Of a DNA stretch of 64,000 nucleotides, positions 1 to 10,830 are shown in pieces; position 1 is the stretch's first letter, and each line of letters opens with the position of its first letter. This DNA is from Candidatus Hydrogenedentota bacterium (GTDB lineage: Bacteria > Hydrogenedentota > Hydrogenedentia > Hydrogenedentales > SLHB01): NCBI GenBank assembly GCA_963668025.2, contig CAXXTH010000011.1, positions 1 to 64,000 of the forward strand. The letters run 5' to 3'. The notes beneath the pieces are model-generated. The model searched no databases, was not told the DNA's origin, and worked only from the letters and a program-made list of their open reading frames with translations. The translations under genes and the position numbers were made by a program.

Positions 1-1
1 G

Positions 2-445
2 ATTGCCGCGGTAATCGCTTCTATTCCCGAACCGATGGCTCCCGTGTGGCAGCCGCCCCGTCCCATGCCGGTGCTGATCATGAACGGAACAGCGGATCCT
101 ATTCTTCCTTGGGAAGGCGGGGAGATTCATATCCAGCGCCGAATTCTGGGGAGAGTTATCAGTACGCCCGCCACTGTAGCGTTCTGGGCGCAGTGGAATC
201 ACTGTACGTTAGGGCCAGACATATCATGGATTCCTGGCGATGAAGGCATGCGTGTCCGCCGTGAAGCCTATGATGGCGGGCTCCAGGGCGCTCCGGTCAC
301 CCTATACGCTATCGAAGGCGGCGGCCATACGTGGCCCGGCGGCGCGCAGTATTTGCCGGAGTGGATTATTGGAAAAGTATGTCGAAGTATAGACGCTACC
401 GAGATCATATGGAGCTTCTTTGATACCACCCGGCTTGGCGGCTGA
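2..445 (+). CDS. PHB depolymerase/LpqC-family alpha/beta-hydrolase esterase (C-terminal part, 5' end outside window)
   Basis: Frame open from base 2; GTADPILPWEGG (catalytic Asp) and GGGHTWPG (catalytic His) motifs. Confidence 0.8.
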   Translation: MAAVIASIPEPMAPVWQPPRPMPVLIMNGTADPILPWEGGEIHIQRRILGRVISTPATVAFWAQWNHCTLGPDISWIPGDEGMRVRREAYDGGLQGAPVTLYAIEGGGHTWPGGAQYLPEWIIGKVCRSIDATEIIWSFFDTTRLGG

Positions 446-493
446 ACCGCCGGATAGGATGCCGCCGCCATGAATGCGAGTCCATTCGCGCCT

Positions 494-522
494 TTGACAG
501 GAATAAGCGCAGATTCTACAAT
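494..522 (+). promoter_or_regulatory. sigma70-type promoter for the 566 gene
   Basis: TTGACA (494-499), 17-nt spacer, TACAAT (517-522). Confidence 0.7.
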
Positions 523-565
523 GCAACAGGCTAATGTTTAGCACAACCGAGGGAAGGATTCTCGT

Positions 566-3137
566 ATGAGTTCCCATGTTTGCCGTATCCTAGTGTTGTT
601 GGGGATGCTTGTGTGGGCGTTGCCAAGCCCCGCGGAGCCTGCGGAAGGTTCGGGAACACAGCGTATCTGGCTTGAATCTACTACGGATTTTTTAAGCGGG
701 CGCGTCGCGATCAACCTCGATTTGCCGGATGCCTATCTGCCGGACGCCTCCATCTCTTTTGATTGCCAAGTGCAGTCCGAGGAATCCCTCGAGCTTTGCC
801 ATATCGTATTCGAGGTGCTTGACGCCTCGAAAAATGTCATCTATACGGAAGACAAAGAAATACTCCTGCATCCTGGCGCCAACCCATTTCCGTTTGTGTG
901 GGATCCTGTCGGGGCGGCGGCCGGCGTCTATACCGCTCATTTTAAGATAGTGCATGAATTTGGGGGAACCATATCCTGGCGCAAGGCGCTCATACGCAAA
1001 CTGGCGTATGATGACATTCAAAATAACATCGATCAGGCGAAAGAAACAGTTAGGAGCATGCGCGCTCATCTGGAAGGACTGGCGGCAAAGCCCGCTCTAG
1101 CCGATGTGCGTATCGCCGTGGCGGAAGCTTTTTTGCCGGAAGCTCAAGAAGCATTTGACTCCGGTGATTGGCGGCGGGCGGACAGCCTTGCCGCATACGT
1201 TGAGAATACGGTGCAAAGTGTGCGCGCTTCCATGGCGTTTAGCGGTTCTGGATCGCGTGCGGTTTCCACTTATCCGAACACGAATCTGGCGCATCTGGAA
1301 TATCGTTCTGGACGCATTGAATCTGGCGGGCGTCCGGTTTATCTGGTGGGGCTTACCGGCGGCGGGTGGCTTGCGGAGGAGATGGCGCGGCTTAGGCGTT
1401 TTAATCTAGGGCTTGCCGTTTATACGCCAGGCCTGGGCCGTGAGGATGAAGCATCTCAAGTATTTGCCTCGGCTCAGAAGCAAAATATCAGCGTAGCCCT
1501 CAATATTGCGAATGCCGATGGCCAGGTTGATGAGGCGCTGGCTGGGGGGCAAAACACCGCTGAGACAGCCGCGCATTCCGCTCAAATTCGCGCCATGCTG
1601 GCGGATGCGGCCAAGCAGCCGATGTTGAATAGTTTTGTGTTGGGCTCGAAACTAGGAAACGTGCTTAGCGTGGAAAAGGCTCGGGCGGATTTCATATCAG
1701 CGATTGTCCCAGCAATATGGAGATGTGCATGCCATAAACGAGATGTGGCGTTCTAGATTTGTTGATTTTTCCGGTATCCGAACAGAATGGGATTATGCGG
1801 ATGCCCCGCCCCAATCCGTGCCCGCATATCTGAACCAGCCGCCTTACCGGTATGATTGGGAAATGTTCAAACAACAGCAAGAGACGGCGTATTTATCGCG
1901 CATATGCGGGGAAATCGGAGCTATCGCACCCGGCGCGCCTATCCAGCTTGTGACGGATGAGACCTTGTTTGAAACAGGCAAAGCAATGTGGCGCATTGAT
2001 CCCGAGGCGGAAGCCCGCATCATGAGCATCATGGGCAGCACGGCCGCCGCTTCGTCGCAAAACAATGGGCGGCTGTCGGTGTCTTTCCCGCTGCCTTCCA
2101 TGTATGTGGAGCTTCAGCGGAGCATAGCCCCTGATAAGCCCGTGTTTGCAACCGATCTCCAATTGCGTTTCGATGCGGGCCTCTATGCGGGCGGGCGATA
2201 TGGGTTTGTCCGCACGCTATTATGTGAAGCGGCCATTCGCGGCGCGAATGCCGTGGCCCTGCATGCAGGGGTGGGGGCGCACTCGATATTTGATCTTTCC
2301 GCAAGCCCTTTTGCTTATCCTGAATGCCTTGAAGCGGCGGGCGTGGCGTCACTTGATCTCAACCGTTTGGCCGATACACTGTCCGCTATGCAGGAAGCGC
2401 CTGCTGAGATTGCACTCTTGTGGAGCTTATCGTCAAAGATATATAAGGAAGGCGCTCCCTATTTGGAGTCGCTCACGAATGCCTATGAAGGCTGTTCCTA
2501 TTTTGGCTTGAAAGTGAGATTCATCACCGAACAGCAGTGCGTGGAAAATGGCCTCGAGGGCATCCGCTTGCTGATTCTACCGGACACGCCGTGCATCTTG
2601 GAACCGGCATACAAGGAAATCGTGCGTTTCGTCGAGGCGGGAGGCGCTCTCATCCGCCCCGTCCGGCCGACCATATACCAAGAACGCGGGATTACGCGCC
2701 ATATCATGTTGGAACAAACAAGCAAGACTATTCTGGTGGACAGCGGAGGAGGCGTCAAGGATTATTTGCATGCCGTGGACGTTGCATACGCGCAAGGATT
2801 TCTGGAGAAACATCCACATTTGGTGAATGAACTCGGTTATCCTTTCGACGGTGTTGTGAGCCGCGCCGTCAACGTGAATGGAGTGGAATACCTCTATGTG
2901 GCTAACCTCCGCAATGCGCCGCTTCAAGCCGGCTTGGCGGATGGGGCGGTATCAGGATTTGACGTGTTGAATGAAGAGCCCGTATCATTTCCGTTATTGT
3001 TAGAGCCGCTTTATCCGCGGCTTATTCGTTTTGATGAGTTACCGGAATCCCAGCCATCCGCGACAGAGGAAGAGGCAAGCGCACAGGCTTCTTCTAAGAC
3101 CGCGAGTGAATCGGGTGTTTCATCTTCGCGTGAATAA
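566..3137 (+). CDS. Secreted GH42/beta-galactosidase-like protein, split by one extra base near 1697
   Basis: Signal peptide; ORFs 566-1756 and 1704-3137 join as ..DFIQRLSQQYGDVHAINEMWRSRF..; GH42-like YGxxxAINxxW, YDWxxF and AEIALLWS segments. Confidence 0.6.
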
Positions 3138-3231
3138 TCCAGTGAAGCTGGGACGTTAAAATGAAAGAAGGCGGCATAGGCAAGGCTAAGGCCCACATGG
3201 TATTCTAGCCGCCGGTTTGAGGAGTGTGTGA

Positions 3232-3748
3232 ATGGCCATTTTAAAAGTAGTGGTATATCCGAATGAACCGTTGCGCCAGCGCGCGGAGCCCTATGGGCCT
3301 ATTGGCCCCGAAACTGCTAAATTGGCGCAAGATATGCTTGAAACCATGTACGCCAGCGAAGGCGTAGGGCTGGCCGGCCCCCAGATAGGCGTATCGAAGC
3401 GCATTTTCGTGGCCCACCCGCCAGAAGGAAAGCCCATGGTTTTCATTAACCCGGAGATCTATGAGCGGCAAGGTTCACAAGTGGGGGAGGAGGGGTGCCT
3501 CAGCCTGCCGGAACTGTATGCGCCGGTCGAGCGGGCCGCGCGCATTCGCGTGCGGGCCTATGACGCCCGGGGCCGCTTGCATGATATAAAAGCTTCTGGA
3601 TTCCTTGCGCGTATTGTCCAGCATGAGACCGATCATCTGGATGGGATTTGTTTTGTAGAGCGGCTAGACCTTGCTAACGCGCACGGAGAAGATGCAGGAA
3701 TGGCAAGAGATCCGCAGCCGCATATTGGCTTCGGTTAACAAGGATTAA
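3232..3748 (+). CDS. def: Peptide deformylase (C-terminus shifted by an extra C near 3670)
   Basis: GVGLAGPQ, EGCLS and HETDH motifs; +1 frame continues LLTRTEKMQEWQEIRSRILASVNKD to a stop at 3748. Confidence 0.93.
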
Positions 3749-3756
3749 CCGGCCTT

Positions 3757-4356
3757 ATGCTGCTTGGCGCACCTTCGGTTGAACGCCTGGTCGAAGCCTT
3801 TCGGCGGCTGCCAGGCATTGGCAAACGCACGGCGGAACGCTTGGCCCTGCATATTCTCAGTACGGCGGAATCGGAAGCATACGAGTTGAGCGCCGCCATT
3901 GACGCCGCCCGGCGCGTCGTCACCACCTGCTCCCAATGCCGCAACCTCACCGAAACGGATCCATGCCCCATTTGCGCCGATGAACGGCGCGATCATGCGG
4001 TTTTATGCGTTGTCGAACGGCCCAGCGGGGCCATGGCCATCGAGCGGGGAGGGGCCTATCGAGGCCTCTACCATGTCTTGCATGGCGTGATCAATCCCCT
4101 CGAAGGGATCGGCCCCTCGGAGCTGGGCATGGAGCGCCTGTTCGAGCGCATCCGCACGGGCGGCGTGCGCGAAGTCATCATTGCTACTAACGCCACCGTG
4201 GAAGGCGAAAGCACGGCCCTCTACCTTTCACGCCAGATCACGCCGCTCGGCGCTACTGTGTCCCGCATCGCCCACGGCGTGCCCATGGGAGGCGGCCTCG
4301 AATTCGCCGACGACGCCACCTTGTCCCATGCCCTCCAAGGCCGCACGCCCCTCTGA
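3757..4356 (+). CDS. recR: Recombination mediator RecR
   Basis: LPGIGKRTAERLA HhH motif, C4 zinc finger, TOPRIM CVVE, YHVLHG, EVIIATNATVEGE. Confidence 0.97.
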   Translation: MLLGAPSVERLVEAFRRLPGIGKRTAERLALHILSTAESEAYELSAAIDAARRVVTTCSQCRNLTETDPCPICADERRDHAVLCVVERPSGAMAIERGGAYRGLYHVLHGVINPLEGIGPSELGMERLFERIRTGGVREVIIATNATVEGESTALYLSRQITPLGATVSRIAHGVPMGGGLEFADDATLSHALQGRTPL

Positions 4357-4459
4357 CAGAGATATGATCACGCGCGGAATCGTGCTATTCTTAACTAAAC
4401 ACAGACGCAAAAGGCTGGAAATTCTACATGCCGTCGTTTCATGCTTGCGAGGGAGGGAG

Positions 4460-5752
4460 ATGCTTACAAGAATTCATGTGAAAGGTTATAAATCGCTTTG
4501 GGATGTCGAATTTTCCCCACGTCCTCTCTCCGTTCTTTTAGGTCCCAACGCAGCGGGAAAGAGTAATTTGCTGGATGCGTTGCAGCTCTTGTCACGCATG
4601 GCCATATGCTCAACCCTCACGGAAGCGTTTGCTCCCCCTTATCGAGGAAAGCCGCTGGAATCATTCACATTCGATTCGGAAGGTATTCGCGGGCTCCTCA
4701 ACCGTGAAAATGCCCGGTTTAGTATTGAGGTGGATGTGGAGCTTTCCCAATCCGTCATTGGTGCGGTTACTAAGCGGATTAAAGAGTGGAAGCGTGGAGA
4801 CAACGCGGATGATTCATCCTACATACGGGAGAACAAACTGCGTTATCGGCTGGAAGTCGAGATATTGCCGCGTTCGGGAATACTTCGTGTCGTAGACGAA
4901 TATTTGGCCGCGCTCAATGCGAAAGGACAGCCTAACGGCAAGAAGAAGGCGTTTATCGAGAAAGTGGGAGGCCGTATTCATCTGCGCATGGAGGGGCAAT
5001 CGCATCCTAGTTACTTCGAAACCGGCCTTGACCACACGATTTTATCACGGCCCCATCATTTGCCCCATTATCCCCATTTGACAGCCATGCGCCAGGAACT
5101 AGCAAGCTGGCTCTTCTTCTATTTTGAACCGCGCGAACGCATGCGGGAAGCCAATCCAGTGAAAGAAGTCCGCCATATTGGCTTGATGGGAGAAGATCTG
5201 GCCGCGTTTCTTAATACGCTGAAGACTTTGGAGCCACGGCAATTCCACGGGGTCGAGAACGCGCTGCATGCGTTAATTCCTTCTGTCACCGGATTGGATG
5301 TGGATGTTAATGACTTGGGCGAGGTGGAGTTGCGCATCAAAGAGGGCGGCTTGGCGATACCCGCACGAGTGGTGTCGGAAGGCACGCTACGCATGCTGGG
5401 CCTCCTTGCCTTGAGCGGTGCGAAGGAGCCGCCTTCCCTTATCGGATTCGAGGAGCCGGAAAACGGGATACATCCCCGCCGCATCCAGTTAATCAGTGAA
5501 TTGCTCAAAACGCGCGCTAGTACGGAAGACACCCAAGTTTTTATAACGACTCATTCTCCATTATTATCTGATTTACTTTCTCAAGAAGACCTATTTATAT
5601 GCAAAAAGTTAGAAGGAGCCACCAGCATTGTCCCTCTCCGCTCCGCTGGTGAATTGTTTCAATCCAGGGAAATAAATGAAGCGCTCAATTCCGAGGACGA
5701 TACCCCCACATCAATATCCGAGAGAATATTGCGGGGAGATTTTGATGATTGA
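4460..5752 (+). CDS. ABC-type (AAA_21-like) ATPase
   Basis: RBS GGAG then ATG 4460; Walker A GPNAAGKS, signature-like SEGT, Walker B IGFEEPENGIHP, H-loop ITTHS. Confidence 0.88.
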   Translation: MLTRIHVKGYKSLWDVEFSPRPLSVLLGPNAAGKSNLLDALQLLSRMAICSTLTEAFAPPYRGKPLESFTFDSEGIRGLLNRENARFSIEVDVELSQSVIGAVTKRIKEWKRGDNADDSSYIRENKLRYRLEVEILPRSGILRVVDEYLAALNAKGQPNGKKKAFIEKVGGRIHLRMEGQSHPSYFETGLDHTILSRPHHLPHYPHLTAMRQELASWLFFYFEPRERMREANPVKEVRHIGLMGEDLAAFLNTLKTLEPRQFHGVENALHALIPSVTGLDVDVNDLGEVELRIKEGGLAIPARVVSEGTLRMLGLLALSGAKEPPSLIGFEEPENGIHPRRIQLISELLKTRASTEDTQVFITTHSPLLSDLLSQEDLFICKKLEGATSIVPLRSAGELFQSREINEALNSEDDTPTSISERILRGDFDD

Positions 5753-6342
5753 TGTGATGCTTTTTTTAGAGGATTTGGGGCATGAATCTCTCATTAAAGC
5801 TCTCGTGGAACGGGTTGCGCGGGAAAAACGAGTAGCCATAAAAATCAAATCTAGAAGCGTCCGTGGGGGCCATGGCCGGGCGCTGGCGGAACTGCGGCAG
5901 TTTCTGCGTGACCTGCGCCGCGGGCATCAGGTGGGGATTCCCCAATTATTAGTTGTAGCCATAGATGCAAACTGCAAAGGATTAGGCACACGTAAGAAAG
6001 GAAATACGGGAATGTGTTCCCGAAAAATTGAGGCCATTGCTTCTGTGCGCGGTTCCCGATCCGCATATTGAGCGCTGGCTCCTCCTGGATTCAAGCGCTT
6101 TCCGCGCGGTCCTCGGCACGGGATGCCAAGCGCCGGATTATAAATGTGAACGGGATCGATACAAGAACTTGCTTGTTGCAGCGATACAACAAGCAGGCCT
6201 AACACCGCTCTTGGGCGGCATGGAATATGCCCAAGATATTGCCGATAAAATGGATTTGGATGGTATATGTTCCCGGGATGCATCGTTTAATGATTTTATA
6301 AGCGAGCTTCGACGGCAATTCAAGAATGCCGCGCCAAATTGA
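5745..6342 (+). CDS. DUF4276-like TOPRIM-fold protein, split by an extra G near 6000
   Basis: Overlaps the ATPase stop; LFLEDLGHE, VAIDAN and IERWLL motifs; ORFs 5676 and 6028 join as ..GTRKKEIRECVPEKLRPLL.. Confidence 0.65.
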
Positions 6343-6450
6343 TTCGATGGGTTGTTTTTGCTATTACGCTCCATTTTTTGTGAAGCTAGAAGAAAAATCA
6401 AATGCGGATGAATCCACGGAAACCGATTTTGGAAAACTATAGCCTTGAAT

Positions 6451-6472
6451 GGTGGGGCAAGCCCCACCCTAC
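6451..6472. repeat. GTAG-type REP palindrome, single copy
   Basis: GGTGGGGCAAGCCCCACCCTAC (GTAG foot on minus strand); same family at 24589-24645. Confidence 0.75.
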
Positions 6473-6533
6473 CAAGCATGTTTCGTTTATGTAGTGGCCA
6501 ATAAAATCCATATTTTACGCGGGAGGTTTCGGC

Positions 6534-8915
6534 GTGGCGGATGGTGAGGGGGAAAAGGATTCGTTTTTAGTTTACGCGCGGCCTTTGGCCTTGGTGGTGT
6601 TTCTGTTATTTCTCGTGAGGACGGCTTGGCTGTGCGATGACGCCTACATCACCCTTAGGACGGTGGACAACTTCGTCCATGGCTTCGGACTGCGCTGGAA
6701 TATCGCCGAGCGGGTCCAGTCGTATACGAATCCCGCATGGATGCTCTTGCTTTCCATATGCTATGCCGTTACGAATGAACCGTATTACACGACGCTTGCG
6801 CTGTGCATGGCCTTATCGCTCGCCGCAGTGGCGATCATTATTCTGCGGATTGCGCCCACGAACGGCGGGGCGGCGCTGGCGATGCTGGCGATGCTCTTCA
6901 GCCGCGCGTTCATGGACTACTCGACTTCCGGGCTCGAGAATCCGCTGACCCATTTGTTGCTCGCCTTGTTTCTGTGGCGGTATCTGCGTGGCGCGGAGGA
7001 GCCACCCCGTCCGCGCGAATCGCTGTTGCTGGGCCTGCTGGCGGGCCTGTCGGTGTTGAACCGCATGGATACGGCGCTTTTCTTCGTGTTTCCCCTGTCT
7101 GATGTGCTGTACCGTTCTCGTCCGCGCTTGCGCGCGATCTCGGCCATGGTTCCCGGGGCGGCGCTGGTGGTTGTCTGGCTGCTTTTCGCCACGCTTTATT
7201 ATGGCGCGCCGTTCCCCAACACGGCCTATGCGAAACTCGGTTCCGGCCTGCCGCAAACGTTGCTCTATGAATCCGGCGCGCTCTATTTGCTAAACGCCGT
7301 GAGCTGGGATCCCGTGACGGTCGTGGCGTTGCTCGCGAGCCTCGTCGTGTGCGCTGTACGGCGGCGGCGCGCCGAATGGGCGGTGGCGCTTGGAATGGTG
7401 CTGTATTTGGCGTATATCGTCCGCGTGGGCGGCGATTTCATGTCCGGGCGTTTTCTTGCCGCGCCATTTCTATGTGCGGTGGCGCTCCTGGCCCGGCTGG
7501 CCCGGGGGCCGCAAGGCGTTCTTGCCGCAGCGGGCGCGGTGATCGTGGGGCTGGGGTTGGTGTCGGCGTTTCCGCCGGTGCGCAGCGTGGAAAACTACAG
7601 TTCTTCCTACAGCTTGGGCGGGATGAACGAATCCTTCCGTGTCCGGGGCGTGAATGACGAGCGTGCATGGTACTACCCCAACCTTGGGCTGCTGCGCGCG
7701 GAACGGGGCGCATTGCTGCCCAGGGGGAAAGCGCGCAATACAGCGCGCGAGTATGCGTTACAAGGCGGCGGTGTCGTCCTTCACACCAATATGGGCATTC
7801 CAGGATTCTATGCCGGGCCTTACATTCACTTAGTGGACACAATGGCCTTAAGCGATCCTCTGCTGGCGCGGCTGCCTTCGAGCGCGGGACGCGCGTTTCT
7901 GGTGGGGCATTTCACGCGCGAGATTCCCGAGGGATACATCGAGGCGCTTGAAGGGTCAGGCGCGGTGGCTGATCCGTTTTTGGCCGAGTTTTGGGAACAG
8001 ATCAAGCTCATTACACGCGCGCCCATCTTCGCGCCGGGCCGCATCAAGGCTATTTGGAAACTCAATACCGGCGGGTATGACGGCCTTATTCGCGAGTATT
8101 GCTTGCGAGAGTATTATTACGCAGGACAAGTGCTCGAACAGGCCCCCGATGGCGCGCCGCCGGTGGTGAATGGAACGGAACCCGCGCCGGAAAATCCCTA
8201 TTTGGTGGGCCCCGGTGGATTTGTCCGCGCCATTCCTTGGGATGCGCCGGGGAACGTGCTGTCGAACGAATACGGCGTGGGTTTTCGGGTGGATGCAGCC
8301 GATTTGGAATGCCCCGAAATGCAATGCAGCCTGCTGGGCGGCTATCGCTACCAGATTCTCTATTTCCGGGGCCATGATATCGTGGCCTCGCAAGACCTGG
8401 ACCTGAATGATTCGCCGTATCCTGGCATGGTGTCGGCGCTCTTCAGCGTTCCAGACGATGCGATGTCCGCCGCCTTCGACCGGTTCCGCATATTGCCCGC
8501 CGATGGCGCAAAACGATTCGCCCTTGGCTATCTGCAAGCGCACCTGAAACCTGTGGTCGAACGCAGCTTTGAGAGTCTCGCCACTAAGCCCTACCGGGGC
8601 GCTCCCTGGTTTGTACATGAAGCGGCGATTCTCCATGAGGGCCAATCTTTACGGGTGGTTCTTCCCACGGAAGGACAAGCAAAGCATCTCGAATTGAGCG
8701 CGTTCAATTCCAGCGCCTACCAAGTGCGGTTCTTGCGTGAGGGTAATGTGCTGGCGTCGCATGAGCTGCCGGCCCAACAAGGCGAAGTATGGTTCATGCC
8801 GCACACCTTACCGTTTCCCGAAACGCCGGACGGCCAAAGGCCGGATTGCGTCGAAGTACAGCCCACTCAGCGACAGGGCGGATGCTCTATCGGACATATC
8901 CGTCTGATGCCATAA
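6534..8915 (+). CDS. GT-C membrane glycosyltransferase, AftB-like, with extra C-terminal domains
   Basis: Multiple TM segments; CDDAYITLR, ERVQSYTNP, TSGLENPL, PNTAYAK, GGDFMSGRF and GHFTR motifs. Confidence 0.75.
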   Translation: MADGEGEKDSFLVYARPLALVVFLLFLVRTAWLCDDAYITLRTVDNFVHGFGLRWNIAERVQSYTNPAWMLLLSICYAVTNEPYYTTLALCMALSLAAVAIIILRIAPTNGGAALAMLAMLFSRAFMDYSTSGLENPLTHLLLALFLWRYLRGAEEPPRPRESLLLGLLAGLSVLNRMDTALFFVFPLSDVLYRSRPRLRAISAMVPGAALVVVWLLFATLYYGAPFPNTAYAKLGSGLPQTLLYESGALYLLNAVSWDPVTVVALLASLVVCAVRRRRAEWAVALGMVLYLAYIVRVGGDFMSGRFLAAPFLCAVALLARLARGPQGVLAAAGAVIVGLGLVSAFPPVRSVENYSSSYSLGGMNESFRVRGVNDERAWYYPNLGLLRAERGALLPRGKARNTAREYALQGGGVVLHTNMGIPGFYAGPYIHLVDTMALSDPLLARLPSSAGRAFLVGHFTREIPEGYIEALEGSGAVADPFLAEFWEQIKLITRAPIFAPGRIKAIWKLNTGGYDGLIREYCLREYYYAGQVLEQAPDGAPPVVNGTEPAPENPYLVGPGGFVRAIPWDAPGNVLSNEYGVGFRVDAADLECPEMQCSLLGGYRYQILYFRGHDIVASQDLDLNDSPYPGMVSALFSVPDDAMSAAFDRFRILPADGAKRFALGYLQAHLKPVVERSFESLATKPYRGAPWFVHEAAILHEGQSLRVVLPTEGQAKHLELSAFNSSAYQVRFLREGNVLASHELPAQQGEVWFMPHTLPFPETPDGQRPDCVEVQPTQRQGGCSIGHIRLMP

Positions 8916-8927
8916 AATAGGCGTTTG

Positions 8928-10307
8928 CTAAACCGTAGGAGTAACGCCCAGTATCTCTTGTAGTTTGTCGAGATGCACCTCGCGCGGCTGGCGGCGGGCC
9001 TTGGCGGCCAACGCTGCGGCGGCTCCAGCGGCCGCGCCGACCGAGAGGCAGATGCATTGGACGCGGTAGGAGGCATGGGCCTCGTGGCTGCCGCTGATAC
9101 AGCGACCGGCCACCAGCAAGCCGTCCATGTTACGTGGCACCAGGCAGCCATACGGAATATCATACGGCTTAACCTGTTTTGATTCTTCCTCCGCCTGGCC
9201 AGCGCCTGCGGGATTGTGAATGTCGATAGGAAAATCAGCCCCTTGGACGACCGCGTCGGGCCAAGTGCGCCCGCTGGCCACGTCGTCGCGCGTCAAATAG
9301 CGTTCGCCCAGAATGCGGCGCGTCTCGCGTACGCCAATGACCGCAGGCATGGCGGAGATGTAGCTATTCTCGAAACCCGGCTCATGTTTTCGCAGAAACT
9401 CGGCAATTTGATAGGCTTGGCGGCGGCCCTCGAGCTCAGCGCGCGTCAGATCTTCCGCGCTTGTGCCGTCCACCTCATTAATTTGCGTCGCATTGATGAT
9501 GCGCTCGCCAGGACGGCGGGAAAGGTAGATGCGGATCACGCTGACCGTGGCGGGCAGTTCCCCGCTGGCCTGGGCTTCCGCGATGGCCTTCACATCCGGC
9601 GCCATCTGGTCCGGAGAGATATTCTTTAAGTGGCGCTCGGTGCCGAAGGCATAGTTGTCTTTGTTGCGCATGCGGCTCTCATCTACTCCGCCGATGGAAT
9701 ACATGATGGACATCGGCTGGAGCCGCCCATCGCCATCCCTGCCTAGTTCGAAGGGCGCTCCGGCCATCCAAGCGATGTCGCCGTCGCCGGTAGCGTCGAT
9801 TGTTATATCGGCCCGCACCTCGATTGTGCCGCCCTTGGTCAACAGGCGCGCGCCGACGAGCTGGTCGTGTTCGACCATTGCCTCGGCGGCCCAGGCGTGC
9901 AATAACAAACCTGCTCCCGACTCTTGAACCATCGTGGCGTATTCCAGGTCTAGTTTTTCGTAATAAAGCAGCGATTTACCGAGCCGGTCTATCATTTCCT
10001 TGAGGAACACGCTGTTTGAATTGCCCATCAGCGGCCCGACCATTCCTTGGACAGCCATTCCACCCAGCCGCCCATATCGCTCCACGAGCAGTACGCGCGC
10101 CCCGCCTCGGGCCGCCATGGTGGCAGCCGCCACACCCGCTGGCCCGCCGCCGCAAACGAGCACGCTGGTTTGGCATTTTTCCACGCATTTGCGCGGGGCG
10201 GTGTGTTTGGTCTTTGGAGAATCTGCGGCGGCGCTCAAGCCGCTCATTCCAATCAAGGTGGCTCCACCCAAGAGGGAGCCGCAGAATTCACGCCGGCGCA
10301 TGGCCAT
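8928..10307 (-). CDS. Tat-exported FAD-dependent oxidoreductase
   Basis: Twin-arginine RRREF signal; GGGPAG, IDATGDGD, GVRETRR and LLVAGRCIS motifs. Confidence 0.85.
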   Translation of the reverse strand: MAMRRREFCGSLLGGATLIGMSGLSAAADSPKTKHTAPRKCVEKCQTSVLVCGGGPAGVAAATMAARGGARVLLVERYGRLGGMAVQGMVGPLMGNSNSVFLKEMIDRLGKSLLYYEKLDLEYATMVQESGAGLLLHAWAAEAMVEHDQLVGARLLTKGGTIEVRADITIDATGDGDIAWMAGAPFELGRDGDGRLQPMSIMYSIGGVDESRMRNKDNYAFGTERHLKNISPDQMAPDVKAIAEAQASGELPATVSVIRIYLSRRPGERIINATQINEVDGTSAEDLTRAELEGRRQAYQIAEFLRKHEPGFENSYISAMPAVIGVRETRRILGERYLTRDDVASGRTWPDAVVQGADFPIDIHNPAGAGQAEEESKQVKPYDIPYGCLVPRNMDGLLVAGRCISGSHEAHASYRVQCICLSVGAAAGAAAALAAKARRQPREVHLDKLQEILGVTPTV

Positions 10308-10390
10308 ATCTCCTTTTCATGATAACTTGAACCATATACGCCTGCGGAAAAGGGGGCGCCATTTGCGAATCGCATCCTACAGGCGTATTT

Positions 10391-10419
10391 ACTATAAGGG
10401 TAAGCGCTTTCTTTGTCAA
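10391..10419 (-). promoter_or_regulatory. sigma70 promoter with a LacI-type operator in its spacer
   Basis: Minus strand TTGACA, 17 nt, TATAGT; near-palindrome GTAAGCGCTTTC at 10400-10411. Confidence 0.65.
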
Positions 10420-10651
10420 TAACTCTGGCTGCCCCGATTCGCCGGATAAGGAGGGGCAAATGCTCGCCCTTCCATTGAAGCTCTGGAGTATTGCATCGAG
10501 CTTTGCTTTCTTGGAGCAACCACAGACGAACGGCGTGGCGGTGAATTGGCGTCACGCACAACCAAAAATCCCTCATCGGATGATAGACCTGCTATGCCTC
10601 AAAAAAAGCACGAATCTGCACACAAACTTGTGTCCAAGGAACCGGGTGCGG

Positions 10652-10738
10652 TACAAGCATCGTTTTACACGCCAGTTCAGGAAGATCATGGGAGTTACGC
10701 CAACGGTGTTCCGCAGGCAATTGCCCCATTTCAAATAA
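10652..10738 (+). pseudogene. Remnant of an AraC-family regulator (C-terminal HTH only)
   Basis: YKHRFTRQFRKIMGVTPTVFRRQ matches the AraC F-x-R-x-F-x4-G-x-TP-x2-F-R signature; no upstream AraC domain visible. Confidence 0.6.
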
Positions 10739-10830
10739 GCTTCCACAAAGCGCTAGTCAAAGGGCGCATGGACGTGATAAAGTGAACTCTCCAAGCGAAG
10801 CGGTACACTCACTTAAGAAAGGCTTCCACA

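Noticed and set aside
4181-4459. N-terminal extension of the ATPase ORF
   Set aside because: Overlaps recR; RBS and family-typical start are at 4460.
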